A stretch of 64,000 bases of DNA from Deltaproteobacteria bacterium (GCA_016218975.1 JACRCO010000071.1:7723-71722); one strand, 5' to 3'; positions 39,877 to 50,735 are shown, numbered from the stretch's first letter. Made by a program: numbers and translations. Notes: generated by a model from the letters alone, not told the origin.

Positions 39877-42800
39877 TCATCCCGCCGCCGGCCTGTGTTC
39901 TCCGATAGCCCGTAACGCGGGATCTTCGATCACGCGCCGGACAAGCGATTCCTTTTCCTTCTTCGCACCTTCGTAGCGTGGAGAGACGCGGCAGTGGTCC
40001 GCAAACAGGCAGGCATCGCAATACCGGGGCGATTTTGCGCCGGCATAAGTGAACCCGTCATGGGGCAACGGTGGAAACGTTCCCGACCGTTCGAGTCCGA
40101 TCCATTCGGACAGGGACGAAGCCCACCCCTCCTGCACGGCTTTCCACTGCTCCCCCACGACAGTCACGGGCGTTACGCCATCCTTCAGGAACAGCAGCGT
40201 AGCGCGGATTTCGGGCGGAGGAGGAGAAAGCGTCCGTGCAAAGGAAAGGTACACGGGAATCTGGCTCGCGAGCCCGTGAAGTATCCGTTCGAGCGGCGGC
40301 TTTTCATCCTTCCCGCCGCCGTATTTGTAATCGATTATCTCCGCTTCTCCCCGGGGGCCCCGGTCGACGCGGTCGACTCTCCCCCGGAATGCGGGGAGGG
40401 TTCTTCCCGCGGGCACTTTGAACCTGAGCTCCACGTCTTCCACGCGGTACGCCTCGGGCCTCTCCGCGCGGCCGCGCTCCCACTCGACCAGCACGGCCGC
40501 GTCCCTCTCGATTTCCCGGCACCGCAAAAGGAAGAGCCCCGGCAGGCCGGTGGGGTTCTCACGCGCAAACCGGATGAATGCCTTCCTCGCTGCGGACGCT
40601 GCGTCCCCCCATCCTTTTCCGGCGGCCGCCTCCTTCCCCAGCCGGTGAAGGATGTCGTGAAGGATGAGCCCCGCCTCGGCGGGCGTCAGCGACAGCTCCT
40701 CCTCCGGTTCCTCCACGGGCGAGAGACCGAGGCGGTATCGCAGGAAGTAGCGATATGGGCAGCGTGCGAGCTCGTCAAGCTCGGTCGCGCTCCAGTCCGG
40801 ACGCGGCGGGACGATTCGCCTTTCCGGAAACAGGGAGGTCCCCGACCACCGGCTTTCCCATTCCGAAAGGATCGCCGCGATCCTGCGCCACGGGATTCCG
40901 TCCGCGCCGTCTTTCGGCGGAACGCCTTCGCTCCATGCGCGTAGCGCCTCTTCCCTCCTGCTCAAGGGCCCGTCGGCGCGCAACATCGCGAAGGGGGAGC
41001 GCGGCAGGAACCGGACCTTCGCCCCCGATTTCGCCGTCCACTCCTCCCCGAATACGCCGGGGCCTGCGAACCGCGAGAGAAGGTTCAGCAGGTACCTGGA
41101 TGGGCGCTTCACGGCCCCTTCCGAATCGGCTCGCGGAACGGAGAAGCAGACTTCCCGGCGCGCGGAGATCACGGGAAGGGAAAAAAGAAGCTTCTCCTGC
41201 GCCGCGTTCCTGCGCAGAAGGGAGAGGGCGTCGGGCAGCTCAGGGCGCCGCGTCAGCCGGTTGAGCGTCTCCCGATCCTCGTCGGGCAGCAGCGGGTCTT
41301 CGTCTATCTGCGCGGGGACCGAGCCGTCGTCGACGGAAAGGAATATCACCCGGTCTGCGGTTACCCCGCGCAGCGCGTTCAGGTCGCCCGCCGTTACGAC
41401 GCCGGGCAACCGCATCCCGCCCCTCTTTCCCACGAAAAGGCGCCGGCTTTCCAGCAGCGCGGCGAACCAGGCGACGGCGTCGTCCGTTCCCGGCCACGGC
41501 GCGGCTCGGTCCGGAACCTGCTCGACCTCGTCAAGGATGGAGAAAAGGTCCGAAAGCGCCCTGCGGTCACGCTCGGCCTCGGCGCTCTCGTCGTCCAGGA
41601 AGCGGAAGTTTTCGATCAGCAGGCGCCGCAGCGCCTTCCCGAAGCCGGCGTACCCTCCTGCCTTCCACACCGGCGCCATCGAGGCGCGAAGCGCCTTCAC
41701 CTCTCCCCGCAGGAGCCTGAGCTGCCGCTCCTTCTCCTTCCATGAGTCGCTCTCCGCTTCTTCCGCGTCCCGGGGGCGGAGACCGAAGAGCCGCGCGTCC
41801 CAGTCCTTTCCGGAAACCACAAGCAGTTCGCGGGTCCATACATCCCAGAAATCGGGGCGTGGAGCGACCGCGGCCGAAGCGGCGGAATGCCGGCGGTACG
41901 GCGAGGAAAGGATGTCCATCGTCTTGCGCCGCGGAAAGTCCTCTCTGGCCGCCTCGATCATCTGGAGCAGCACCCGTACAAGGGGAACGGAGGACAGCGG
42001 CACGGCCAGCCGCTCAACGGTCGGAATATCGTATTCCTTCGCCGCCCGCTCCCAGGCGGAAACCCCCGCTTCGTCAAGTCTCCGGTAAACGAGCATCACC
42101 TCTTCTCCCGGATGTTCGTCGAGCCAGCGGCGGACATGCCGGGCGGCCAGGCGGGCCTCCCCTTCCTCGTGGGGAGGAGACAGGATCGTCACCGGCGCGG
42201 GGGCGAGCGTATCGGGAGATGCGGTGGAAAAGATCCGCTCCCGCGCATCGTGCAACGCCGGGGGGACCGGATCTTCACGGAATTCGAAATTCCCCTCGAA
42301 AGCCCGTAAAAGGCGGTCCCACGCATGCGCCGCGAAGAAGAAGGAAGGGGAAAGGGAACCGTCCTCACGGAAGATGCCGGGGAAATACACTTCGTCCAGG
42401 AGGCCGCTCGAAAGCAGCGCATCGACGAGGGTCCATTGCAGCCGCGTGAAATCATAGAAGCCGTAGAGTGAAACGCGGAATGGGTAGCCCGGGTGCTCGA
42501 AACCGGAAACCGCTTCCCGGAAGATCCGCCGCCTCGTCATCCCGCCCATCGCGTGGACCTTGCGCTCTACCTCCTCGACGAGCGCGCGCCATTCGGCCCA
42601 ACGGGACGCCTTCCCGGGGCGTCCTTCTTTCCTCGCGCACATTTCGGCCGCGCGCAGGACTTCCGCGTCGAGCCATCCCTCCTCGAGATCGCTCAAAGTT
42701 CGCTGGAGCGCCGGGAGAAATCCCGGCGTCGAGGAAATCGCCGCGAAGTCCCCGCTCCCTTCCTCGTAGGTTTGCCGGACGGCCGCGAAAAAGGCCGCAG

Positions 42801-43086
42801 ACATGACCGCCTGGGGGAGCTCCCTCGGGAACATCCCTCGGTGCTTGAGCAACCGGATGGTGAAATCGTAGAGTGTCATGATGGAAACACGAGCCGCGAC
42901 TCCGTCCCAGCGCGCTGCAAGCCGCCTGAGCAGATGCTCCCTCAAATCGTTCGACGGGACGAGCAGCACATGTTCCCAATCCCCCCCACGCGCGATCGTT
43001 TCGGGAAGGCGGGAGAGGAGCCTCTCCTCGATGGCCGGGAACGTGCCGGCGAACAGCCTTGAAACGGGAGCTGGATGGGCGGTCAT
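39877..43086 (-). CDS. addB: AddB-like inactive helicase / PD-(D/E)xK nuclease with Fe-S cysteines
   Basis: SATELDELARCPY, GRVDRVD, IIDYK, QIPVY and CDACLFADHC motifs; directly upstream of addA. Confidence 0.85.
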   Translation of the reverse strand: MTAHPAPVSRLFAGTFPAIEERLLSRLPETIARGGDWEHVLLVPSNDLREHLLRRLAARWDGVAARVSIMTLYDFTIRLLKHRGMFPRELPQAVMSAAFFAAVRQTYEEGSGDFAAISSTPGFLPALQRTLSDLEEGWLDAEVLRAAEMCARKEGRPGKASRWAEWRALVEEVERKVHAMGGMTRRRIFREAVSGFEHPGYPFRVSLYGFYDFTRLQWTLVDALLSSGLLDEVYFPGIFREDGSLSPSFFFAAHAWDRLLRAFEGNFEFREDPVPPALHDARERIFSTASPDTLAPAPVTILSPPHEEGEARLAARHVRRWLDEHPGEEVMLVYRRLDEAGVSAWERAAKEYDIPTVERLAVPLSSVPLVRVLLQMIEAAREDFPRRKTMDILSSPYRRHSAASAAVAPRPDFWDVWTRELLVVSGKDWDARLFGLRPRDAEEAESDSWKEKERQLRLLRGEVKALRASMAPVWKAGGYAGFGKALRRLLIENFRFLDDESAEAERDRRALSDLFSILDEVEQVPDRAAPWPGTDDAVAWFAALLESRRLFVGKRGGMRLPGVVTAGDLNALRGVTADRVIFLSVDDGSVPAQIDEDPLLPDEDRETLNRLTRRPELPDALSLLRRNAAQEKLLFSLPVISARREVCFSVPRADSEGAVKRPSRYLLNLLSRFAGPGVFGEEWTAKSGAKVRFLPRSPFAMLRADGPLSRREEALRAWSEGVPPKDGADGIPWRRIAAILSEWESRWSGTSLFPERRIVPPRPDWSATELDELARCPYRYFLRYRLGLSPVEEPEEELSLTPAEAGLILHDILHRLGKEAAAGKGWGDAASAARKAFIRFARENPTGLPGLFLLRCREIERDAAVLVEWERGRAERPEAYRVEDVELRFKVPAGRTLPAFRGRVDRVDRGPRGEAEIIDYKYGGGKDEKPPLERILHGLASQIPVYLSFARTLSPPPPEIRATLLFLKDGVTPVTVVGEQWKAVQEGWASSLSEWIGLERSGTFPPLPHDGFTYAGAKSPRYCDACLFADHCRVSPRYEGAKKEKESLVRRVIEDPALRAIGEHRPAAG

Positions 43087-43152
43087 CGCCACCCCATTGT
43101 AATCGCTGCCGCCGCATCGGAGAATAGTCTTGGGAATTCAAGGAGGAAGCAC

Positions 43153-43932
43153 TTGTCCGACTTGCCGTCGAAGCGGAAAACGCGGAACCTGTTCGCGGGA
43201 GTCGCCGGAAGATATCGGGTGAGCGCCGACCACACCGACGCCGAGGACCGGCGCATTCTCATCTCGCGACTCGCGTTTGCGCCTTCCCATATCGTTCTCG
43301 ACGTGGCGACGGGAGGCGGCCACACGGCCGTGACCATCGCTCCGGTAGTCCGCAGGATGATAGCTTCCGACCTCACCCCCGAAATGCTCCGGGAGGCGCG
43401 CATCCTTGCCGCCGAGCGGGGTTGCGGGAACATGGACTTCATGTCCGCGGACGCGGAGCTTCTCCCTTTTCGCTCCGAATCGTTCGACCGCGTCGTCTGC
43501 CGCATCGCCCCCCACCATTTCCCGGACGTGCGTGAGGCCCTTTCCGAGATAGTCCGCGTCACGAAGACCGGAGGGAAGGTAGGCATAATCGACAGCGTTG
43601 TGCCGGAAGACCCGGCCCTGGATGCGTTCATGAACGGCATCGAAAAGGTACGAGATCCCTCGCACGTGCACAGCTACCGGGTCGAGGAATGGGTCTCCTT
43701 TCTCAAGGAAGCGGGGCTGTACCTTCTGCACGTTTCCTGCGCCTGGAAGGAGCACCCCTTCGAGGAGTGGGTGAGCAGGACCGGGATGCCGGAGGCCGTC
43801 CAGCGGGAAGTGGAGGAGATGTTCCTGAACGCTTTCCCGCGGGCGCGGGATTTCTTCCGGGTCCGCATCAAGGACGGCAGGGTCGTCTCCTACTCCGACG
43901 AAAAGGGTATCTTCGTAGGCCGCAAGGAATGA
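43153..43932 (+). CDS. Class I SAM-dependent methyltransferase (YcgJ-like)
   Basis: VLDVATGGGH, ADAELLPF, RIAPHHF and RDPSH motifs; TTG start after AGGAGG. Confidence 0.88.
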   Translation: MSDLPSKRKTRNLFAGVAGRYRVSADHTDAEDRRILISRLAFAPSHIVLDVATGGGHTAVTIAPVVRRMIASDLTPEMLREARILAAERGCGNMDFMSADAELLPFRSESFDRVVCRIAPHHFPDVREALSEIVRVTKTGGKVGIIDSVVPEDPALDAFMNGIEKVRDPSHVHSYRVEEWVSFLKEAGLYLLHVSCAWKEHPFEEWVSRTGMPEAVQREVEEMFLNAFPRARDFFRVRIKDGRVVSYSDEKGIFVGRKE

Positions 43933-43958
43933 CGAGGATCTTACATTAATATAAGAGA

Positions 43959-46109
43959 ATGAATACCGGCAGGAACACCACCCTCTCCCGGATCTTCATC
44001 CCGGCGATGGATTGCCCGGACGAAGAGAAGGAAATCCGCGTCGCGCTGGGGCGTCTCTCCAGGGTGGAAGCGCTCACTTTCCACCTTTTCTCGCGCCAGG
44101 TGGAGGTTAGGCACCGGGGGGATCTCGATGAAATCCTCCACGCGCTGCGGGCCATCGGGATGGAGGGGCATCCCGTGGACGAATCCCTGCGGAAAGCCGA
44201 AATCCCGGAAACGTCCAGGGCATCGCTTAAAACCTTCTACGCGAGCGCCGTTCTGCTCCTTGCCGGGGCGGCGCTTTTCGCGCTGGCGAAGGATTCGCCC
44301 TGGGCGGGACGGCTCTTTCTCGCCTCGATAACGGCGGGAGGCGCGCCGGTCGCATGGCGGGGATTTCGGGAACTGCGCAACCGCTCCCTGGGGATGAACA
44401 CTCTCATGACCATCTCCATTTCCGGGGCGGCGGCGATGGGGGAGTGGGCGGAAGGTGCAGTCGTGGTCACCCTCTTCGCGCTGGCGAATCACCTGGAAGC
44501 GCGCAGCCTGGACCGCGCCCGGAAGGCCACAGCCGATCTTTTCGCATCCTCCCCCGACACCGCCGTCATCCGGGAAGGCGGCGTGGAGGGCAAGGAGCGC
44601 ACGGTCGCGGCGGAAGAGGTCCGGCCGGGCGACATGCTGATAATCCGGCCCGGCGCGCGCGTGCCTGTGGACGCCGTTGTATTCAAGGGATCCTCGGACG
44701 TCGGCGAGGCCATACTCACCGGCGAATCCCTGCCCGTGGAGAAACGGGAAGGCGATCCGCTGTACGCAGGCACGGTGAACGGTCGCGGGCTCCTGCTGGC
44801 GGAGGCGGAAAGACCGCTGTCGGAATCGGCATACGCGCGGATCCTGCGGCGCGTCGAGGAGGCCCAGTCGCAGAAGGCCCCCATCCAGGCCTTCATGGAA
44901 CGGTTCGCGGAAGTCTATACCCCCTCGGTGCTCGCGGCCGCCGCGCTGGTGGCGACGATCCCTCCGATCTTCGGCTTCGGCGCGCTCATCCCGTGGGCGT
45001 ACCGTGCGCTGGTCCTGCTCGTCATCGCCTGCCCCTGCGCCATAGTCCTTGCCGCTCCGGTCGTCACCATCACCGCTCTCACCCGCGCCACCCGCGACGG
45101 CATCCTGGTCAAGGGAGCGCATCACCTGGAGACCCTTGGCAAGATCCGCATGGTGGCGTTCGACAAGACGGGCACCCTCACCCGCGGAAAGCTGAAGATC
45201 ACCCGCGTGCGGGCGGCGGACGGATTTTCGGAGGAGGAGGTCGTTCGGCTGGCGGGCGCGGTGGAGGCGGGCTCCGCGCATCCCGTCGCCGAGGCGATCC
45301 GTCACGAGGCGAGGCGGCGGGGTGTTGCGCTGGCGGCGCGCGGGACTGTGGCGCGAACCATGGAGGTTTTCGGAGGACGGGGCGTATCGGCGCAGGTGGA
45401 GGGGAAACGCGTGCTCGTCGGAAACAGGCGTCTCTTCGAAGAGACAGGCATTCCGTTGTCCACGCTGGGCGCGCTGCACCCCGAAGGAGGGAAGGACGAT
45501 TCCCGGTTGACCGCCATTGTGGGGACGCCGGACGGAATCGCGGGGGTCCTCGAAATGGAGGACGAACTCAGGGGGGAGGCCCAGGCGGCGGTTCGCTCGC
45601 TGCAGGCGCTGGGCGTCGAGCACGTGGCCATGCTTACCGGCGACCGTTCCGGCATCGCGCGGGCCGCCGCCGCCACGATCGGAATCCGCGAGGTCTTTTC
45701 GGGACTCTTACCGGAAGACAAACTCGAAAAGGTGAGGGAGCTCGTGAATGTCAACGGAGCGGTCGCGATGGTCGGGGACGGCGTCAACGACGCTCCTGCG
45801 CTTGCCCTTTCCACCGTCGGCATCGCGATGGGCGCCGCGGGATCTCCGGTGGCCATCGAGACGGCGGACGTCGCGCTGATGACGGAGGACCTGCGAAAGA
45901 TCCCCGCCGCGATCGTTCTGGGGCGCAGGATGGTTTCGGTCATCCGGCAGAACGTCGCATACTCCCTCGCGATCAAGGCCGGCTTCCTGGCATTGGCGGT
46001 GGCCGGTTACGCGACCCTGTGGATGGCGGTGGCCGCCGACATGGGGACGACGCTGCTCGTCATCGGGAACGGCATGAGGTTGCTGCGGAACCAGGGAATC
46101 CCCGGATAA
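43959..46109 (+). CDS. zntA: Heavy-metal translocating P1B-type ATPase (Zn/Cd/Pb type)
   Basis: TGES, CPC, DKTGT, HP and GDGVNDAP motifs; Lys and Asp in the last TMs (IKA, ADMG); N-terminal MDCPDEE HMA-like domain. Confidence 0.9.
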   Translation: MNTGRNTTLSRIFIPAMDCPDEEKEIRVALGRLSRVEALTFHLFSRQVEVRHRGDLDEILHALRAIGMEGHPVDESLRKAEIPETSRASLKTFYASAVLLLAGAALFALAKDSPWAGRLFLASITAGGAPVAWRGFRELRNRSLGMNTLMTISISGAAAMGEWAEGAVVVTLFALANHLEARSLDRARKATADLFASSPDTAVIREGGVEGKERTVAAEEVRPGDMLIIRPGARVPVDAVVFKGSSDVGEAILTGESLPVEKREGDPLYAGTVNGRGLLLAEAERPLSESAYARILRRVEEAQSQKAPIQAFMERFAEVYTPSVLAAAALVATIPPIFGFGALIPWAYRALVLLVIACPCAIVLAAPVVTITALTRATRDGILVKGAHHLETLGKIRMVAFDKTGTLTRGKLKITRVRAADGFSEEEVVRLAGAVEAGSAHPVAEAIRHEARRRGVALAARGTVARTMEVFGGRGVSAQVEGKRVLVGNRRLFEETGIPLSTLGALHPEGGKDDSRLTAIVGTPDGIAGVLEMEDELRGEAQAAVRSLQALGVEHVAMLTGDRSGIARAAAATIGIREVFSGLLPEDKLEKVRELVNVNGAVAMVGDGVNDAPALALSTVGIAMGAAGSPVAIETADVALMTEDLRKIPAAIVLGRRMVSVIRQNVAYSLAIKAGFLALAVAGYATLWMAVAADMGTTLLVIGNGMRLLRNQGIPG

Positions 46110-46116
46110 CCGCGGC

Positions 46117-47313
46117 ATGGGAAGATCGCGACTGCACCGCAACGTCTTCGCGCTGGGTCTGGTAAGCCTTCTCACCGACTTCTCAAGCGAAATGATCTAT
46201 CCCTTGCTGCCCGTGTTCCTCACGTCCACGCTCGGCGCGGGGCCGGCGGCGCTCGGGATCATCGAAGGCGTGGCGGAAACAACCGCCAGCCTGCTCAAGC
46301 TCTTTTCCGGCATGTGGGCCGACCGGACGGGCCGTAAAAAACCGCTGGTGCTCTCCGGCTACGGCCTTTCCGCCCTGATGCGCCCGCTGGTGGGGTTCGC
46401 CACGGCGTGGGGACACGTACTGGCGGTGCGATTCTCCGACCGGATCGGCAAAGGAATCCGCTCTTCCCCCCGGGATGCGCTGATCGCCGGAGCGGTCCCC
46501 GCGGCGGACCGCGGCCGGGCCTTCGGCCTGCAGAGGTCGATGGACCACATGGGGGCGGTCATCGGCCCTCTGGCCGCCTTCCTGCTGCTCTACGGGGCGG
46601 ACCTGTCCCTGCGGAGCGTCTTTTTTCTTTCGGCGGTCCCGGGCGCCGCGGCGGTCCTTGCGCTGTTCCTGTTCGTCCGGGAGCCGGAAACCCCGCCCCC
46701 CGTGCACGTCGGGGGTAAATTGAAGGACGGGGATCTGCCTCCCGCCTTCCGGCGCTACCTGTTCATCGTGGGACTGTTCACGCTCGGAAATGCCAGCGAC
46801 GCCTTCCTCATCCTGCGCGCCGTGGAATCGGGCGTCCCGGTTGCTTACGTTCCGCTGCTGTGGGGGGCGTTTCATGTCGTCAAGTCCGCCCTGTCCACCC
46901 CGGCAGGGATCCTTTCCGACCGCATGGACCGCAGGAAGGTGGTCGTCGCGGGGTGGATCGTCTACGCGGCCGCGTACGCGGCATGGGGGATCGCGCGGGG
47001 GCCGGCCTGGATGACGGGTTTGTTCCTGGTGTACGGGCTTTACGCCGCGGCCACCGAAGGCGTCGAGCGGGCTTTGGTTGCCGATTTCGTTCCGCCGGAG
47101 CGACGCGGGACGGCTTTCGGCTGGTTCCACCTCGTCGTCGGCCTTGCCGCCCTGCCGGCGAGCGTCATCTTCGGGGTTCTCTATAAAATGTACGGCGCCG
47201 GTGCCGCGTTCGGGACAAGCGCGTCCCTGGCGGTCATCGCGTCCGCGCTGCTCCTGCTTCTAAAGACCCCCACTGCGTCTGCGGGGACCGGCCGGGAGAC
47301 TCGATCACCCTGA
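46117..47313 (+). CDS. MFS transporter
   Basis: About 12 TMs; GMWADRTGRKK and GILSDRMDRRK motif-A repeats. Confidence 0.92.
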   Translation: MGRSRLHRNVFALGLVSLLTDFSSEMIYPLLPVFLTSTLGAGPAALGIIEGVAETTASLLKLFSGMWADRTGRKKPLVLSGYGLSALMRPLVGFATAWGHVLAVRFSDRIGKGIRSSPRDALIAGAVPAADRGRAFGLQRSMDHMGAVIGPLAAFLLLYGADLSLRSVFFLSAVPGAAAVLALFLFVREPETPPPVHVGGKLKDGDLPPAFRRYLFIVGLFTLGNASDAFLILRAVESGVPVAYVPLLWGAFHVVKSALSTPAGILSDRMDRRKVVVAGWIVYAAAYAAWGIARGPAWMTGLFLVYGLYAAATEGVERALVADFVPPERRGTAFGWFHLVVGLAALPASVIFGVLYKMYGAGAAFGTSASLAVIASALLLLLKTPTASAGTGRETRSP

Positions 47314-48328
47314 GGACGAAGGGGCGACGCGTTGTCGGTCCGCCGAACCGCATGTCGAGAAAGGTGACGACCGTTTTCCCGTCTTCCGTTGCCACGCGCA
47401 CCGTGGGGAAGCGCGCGAACCAGAGATAGGTGCGGACGTCCTGAAGGTCCCGCAGCGCCTTCGCTTCAGGTGCCTCACGCCCCTTCCACTCCCGCTCCTT
47501 CCAGTCCACCGCGCCGTCGAACGGATTCACTTCGGCCCTTAGATACGTTCGGCCGTCGTCCACGAAGCCGTTCCAGGCGCACGGTCCCGCCGGGATCGGG
47601 AACCTGTCGCGGCGTGCGATCGCCGCAAGCCCGGGGGCAACCTCTTCGAACTTCGGCTTCTGCGCGGCCTCGGCCCTCCTCCCCGGTGTCAGGTCCGGCA
47701 GGGAACGAATTTCGGGAAGACGCGGCAGCGCCCATGCCGAAACCACCGGAACCCCGTTCCGGACCGCCGCGTACCGCACGGCTTCCTCGGCCCTCAGGTG
47801 CAGAAATGCCGCGAAACCCACATATACTGTCAGAACGGCAAGCGCCGCCCGCGCCCGTGACGGGCTATGGCGCGAAAGCAATATCCCGAGGACTATGATC
47901 CCGGTGAACGCAAGATCTACGATAAAAAGCAGATCGAAGGACACCCTGGCGTTGGAAAACGGCTGGAAGATCTGCGTCCCGTAGGAGTTGAGAAGGTCGA
48001 GCCCTATGTGGGAAAGCTGCCCGAGCAGCACCAAAAGATAAAGTTTTTTGAGGTCTTTCCACTTTCCGAACTTGTGAAAAAGCAGCGCGACTGCAAGCGA
48101 GGTGATCGCGATGCCGGCAAAGGAATGAGACACTCCCCGGTGGAGCCGAATATAGAATTCGCTCCCCAGCAACGAAGCGATGTTGTCGGCATCCGGCAGA
48201 ACCGCGCCGAGGACCATGGCAACGGTCGCTTCCCTTTTCACCGCTTTCACCGCTTCGGAATTTCCCGCTACGGGCGGAATGGCTCTTGCAATGAGCCATC
48301 CCGCAAGTCCATGGGTGACGGTATCCAT
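47234..48328 (-). CDS. Membrane-bound metal-dependent hydrolase (YdjM/YfhP-like)
   Basis: MDTVTHGL, LPDAD, HRGVSHS and HIGLDLLNSYGT motifs. Confidence 0.85.
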   Translation of the reverse strand: MDTVTHGLAGWLIARAIPPVAGNSEAVKAVKREATVAMVLGAVLPDADNIASLLGSEFYIRLHRGVSHSFAGIAITSLAVALLFHKFGKWKDLKKLYLLVLLGQLSHIGLDLLNSYGTQIFQPFSNARVSFDLLFIVDLAFTGIIVLGILLSRHSPSRARAALAVLTVYVGFAAFLHLRAEEAVRYAAVRNGVPVVSAWALPRLPEIRSLPDLTPGRRAEAAQKPKFEEVAPGLAAIARRDRFPIPAGPCAWNGFVDDGRTYLRAEVNPFDGAVDWKEREWKGREAPEAKALRDLQDVRTYLWFARFPTVRVATEDGKTVVTFLDMRFGGPTTRRPFVLRVIESPGRSPQTQWGSLEAGAARTR

Positions 48329-48349
48329 TAGCGATTAATTATACCACCG

Positions 48350-49732
48350 TCAAATCATCGTCTTCGGATCGAGAACGCGCTCGATCTCCGCCTCGGTCAG
48401 GAGCCCCTTCTCCCTCAGCAGCATGCGGATGGTCTTTCCAGTGTGAAACGCCTCATGTGCAAGCTCCGCGGCCGGGTTGTAGCCGATCTTGACCGCCAGC
48501 GGGGTCACCATGGCAAGGCTCTGCTCGATCAGCTCCTCGCACCGCTTCCGGTTGGGAGATATTCCCACTACGCACTTTTCCGCAAGGAGACGGGACGCCG
48601 CGGAGAGGAGCCGGATCGATTCCAGCAGGTTGCGCGCCATCACCGGGAGCATCACGTTCAGTTCAAGCACCCCGAGCGAGCCGGAGAGCGTCACAGCCGC
48701 ATCGTTGCCTACGACCTGCGCGCATACCTGGATCCCCATCTCCAGGATGACGGGGTTGACCTTCCCCGGCATGATGGAGGACCCCGGCTGAAGCGAGGGA
48801 AGCTCGATTTCCCCTATCCCGCACCGAGGGCCGGATGATATAAGCCGCAGGTCGTTGCAGATTTTCATCAGTGAGGCGGAATAACCTTTCAGCGCACCGC
48901 TCGCGGAGACCAGCGGGTCCTGCGCCCCCATCGCCTCGAACCGGTTCTCGGCAGGCCGGAAAGGGATGCCGGTAAGCCGGTCGATCTCGGCAACGGTCCG
49001 CAGGCCGAACTCCGGATGGGCGTTCAGTCCCGTCCCCACCGCCGTCCCGCCCAAAGGCAGCTCTTCCAGGTCGGGGAAAGTCCCGCGTATGCGGCGGATG
49101 CCGTGGTCCACCTGGGAGGCGTAAGCGGAGAACTCCTGCCCCAGGGTGACGGGAACGGCGTCCTGCAAGTGGGTCCTGCCGATTTTCAGTACGTCGGAAA
49201 ACTCCCGCGCCTTCGCATCCAGCGCATCCCGCAACAGCTCGAGGGCGGGAAGAAGCTCGCCGGAGAGTTGCCTTCGCGCCGCGACCCGGATCGCGGAAGG
49301 AATGACGTCGTTGCTCGACTGGCAGCGGTTGACGTGGTCGTTCGGATGGACCGGCGCATTGCTCCCCCTGGGCTGTCCCAGAAGCTCGTTCGCCCGGTTT
49401 GCCAGCACCTCGTTGACGTTCATGTTGGTGGATGTCCCGGAGCCCGTCTGGAAGACGTCGACCACGAACTCCCGGTCGAACTTCCCTTCAAGGACTTCAC
49501 GCGCCGCCCGCGAGATCACATCCGCGAGCGGAGGAGGCAGAATCCCGAGCCCGGCGTTCACCTCCGCCGCCAGGCCCTTGATCATCGCCGCGGCGTGCAC
49601 TACCGGCAGGGGCATGGGCAAACCGCTCACGGGAAAATTATCGAAGGCCCTGCGTGTCTGCGCCCCGTAATACGCATCCTCGGGGACGAGGACCTCCCCC
49701 ATCGAATCCTTCTCGATCCGGAAACCGTTCAT
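48350..49732 (-). CDS. fumC: Class II fumarate hydratase
   Basis: FQTGSGTSTNMN, HPNDHVN, QSSND, GRTHLQDA and GSSIMPGKVNP motifs. The first and third favour fumarase over aspartase. Confidence 0.9.
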   Translation of the reverse strand: MNGFRIEKDSMGEVLVPEDAYYGAQTRRAFDNFPVSGLPMPLPVVHAAAMIKGLAAEVNAGLGILPPPLADVISRAAREVLEGKFDREFVVDVFQTGSGTSTNMNVNEVLANRANELLGQPRGSNAPVHPNDHVNRCQSSNDVIPSAIRVAARRQLSGELLPALELLRDALDAKAREFSDVLKIGRTHLQDAVPVTLGQEFSAYASQVDHGIRRIRGTFPDLEELPLGGTAVGTGLNAHPEFGLRTVAEIDRLTGIPFRPAENRFEAMGAQDPLVSASGALKGYSASLMKICNDLRLISSGPRCGIGEIELPSLQPGSSIMPGKVNPVILEMGIQVCAQVVGNDAAVTLSGSLGVLELNVMLPVMARNLLESIRLLSAASRLLAEKCVVGISPNRKRCEELIEQSLAMVTPLAVKIGYNPAAELAHEAFHTGKTIRMLLREKGLLTEAEIERVLDPKTMI

Positions 49733-49830
49733 CGCCTCCTCCCCGGTACCTGCATCGGCTGCCCCCCGTGAGATTCCATCCGGAAAGGAGACGTTTCCCT
49801 GGTCAGCCGGCGGCCGTTCCCGCCGGTCCC

Positions 49831-50484
49831 CTATCCCGGAAGCACCAGTTCTTCGTGGCGGACCGGCTCGTACTGCTCCTTGTCCGGATTGTAAGTATGG
49901 ACCTGTCCCTTGCCTATCTCGAAGAACCACGCATGGATGTGAAGTTTTCCATCCTGAACGGCCTTTCGGACCACGGGATATGTGCGGAGATTCTCCACCT
50001 GTACGAGCACGTTCTCTTCGGAGGTTATCGCCAGTCGCTCCTCCGATGACCGGTTGGGGTAGTTCTTCGCGACCACTTCGATCGTACGGTCACCGTGCCG
50101 AAGCCAGTACAGGATGTGCGGGGTTTCGGCGTAGTGCGATCTCTCCTTGTACAGCGCTTTCATCGCCCCGCAGTCCGAGTGGCCGCAAACGATGATGTCC
50201 CGGACGTGAAGATGTTTTACGGCGTACTCGACCGCTGCCGCCACACCGGTGCCGTCGGGAGGGTTCTCCGTGTACGGCGGCACGAAATTCCCCACGTTTT
50301 TGAATATGAAGAGGTCGCCGGGTTTCCCCTGGGTGATCACCACGGGGTCCACCCTCGAGTCGCAGCAGGTGATGAACAGCGCGTCGGGACTCTGCCCGTG
50401 CTCGGCCAGGCGGTTGAACAGCTCCCAGTGCTCGCTCCGGTAATGTTTCTGGAACCTGTGGACCCCCGCGATCAACTTTTCCAT
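49831..50484 (-). CDS. Beta-class carbonic anhydrase
   Basis: CCDSRV, NVGN and GHSDCGAM zinc motifs. Confidence 0.93.
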   Translation of the reverse strand: MEKLIAGVHRFQKHYRSEHWELFNRLAEHGQSPDALFITCCDSRVDPVVITQGKPGDLFIFKNVGNFVPPYTENPPDGTGVAAAVEYAVKHLHVRDIIVCGHSDCGAMKALYKERSHYAETPHILYWLRHGDRTIEVVAKNYPNRSSEERLAITSEENVLVQVENLRTYPVVRKAVQDGKLHIHAWFFEIGKGQVHTYNPDKEQYEPVRHEELVLPG

Positions 50485-50579
50485 GGCGTCGGCCTCCGGG
50501 TGGGGTGTGTTTCCCGTATCCCGACATATTAAACGATTTAAGCGTCTTTCAAACGGTAATTGCGGTTTCCGGCAGCCGC

Positions 50580-50593
50580 TTGACGTATATCAA
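50580..50593. promoter_or_regulatory. FNR/DNR-type binding site upstream of norCB
   Basis: TTGAC-GTAT-ATCAA, one mismatch to TTGAT-N4-ATCAA, in the divergent CA/norC intergenic region. Confidence 0.72.
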
Positions 50594-50735
50594 GGCGGAC
50601 CACCTTCCCGCCGCACTATTCTGGCGGTGAAATATTAAAAAAACAAAATGTTTCCCGGGCGCATCGAAGCCGGAAACAACGGTAAATGCGGGTGAAAACC
50701 GGAGATTCACATTCAGGGGATAAGGAGGTTCAGGG

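Noticed and set aside
36621-43086. Helicase-nuclease defence system or Cas4 locus
   Set aside because: Gene pair, order and motifs fit ordinary AddAB repair, with core-genome-like composition.
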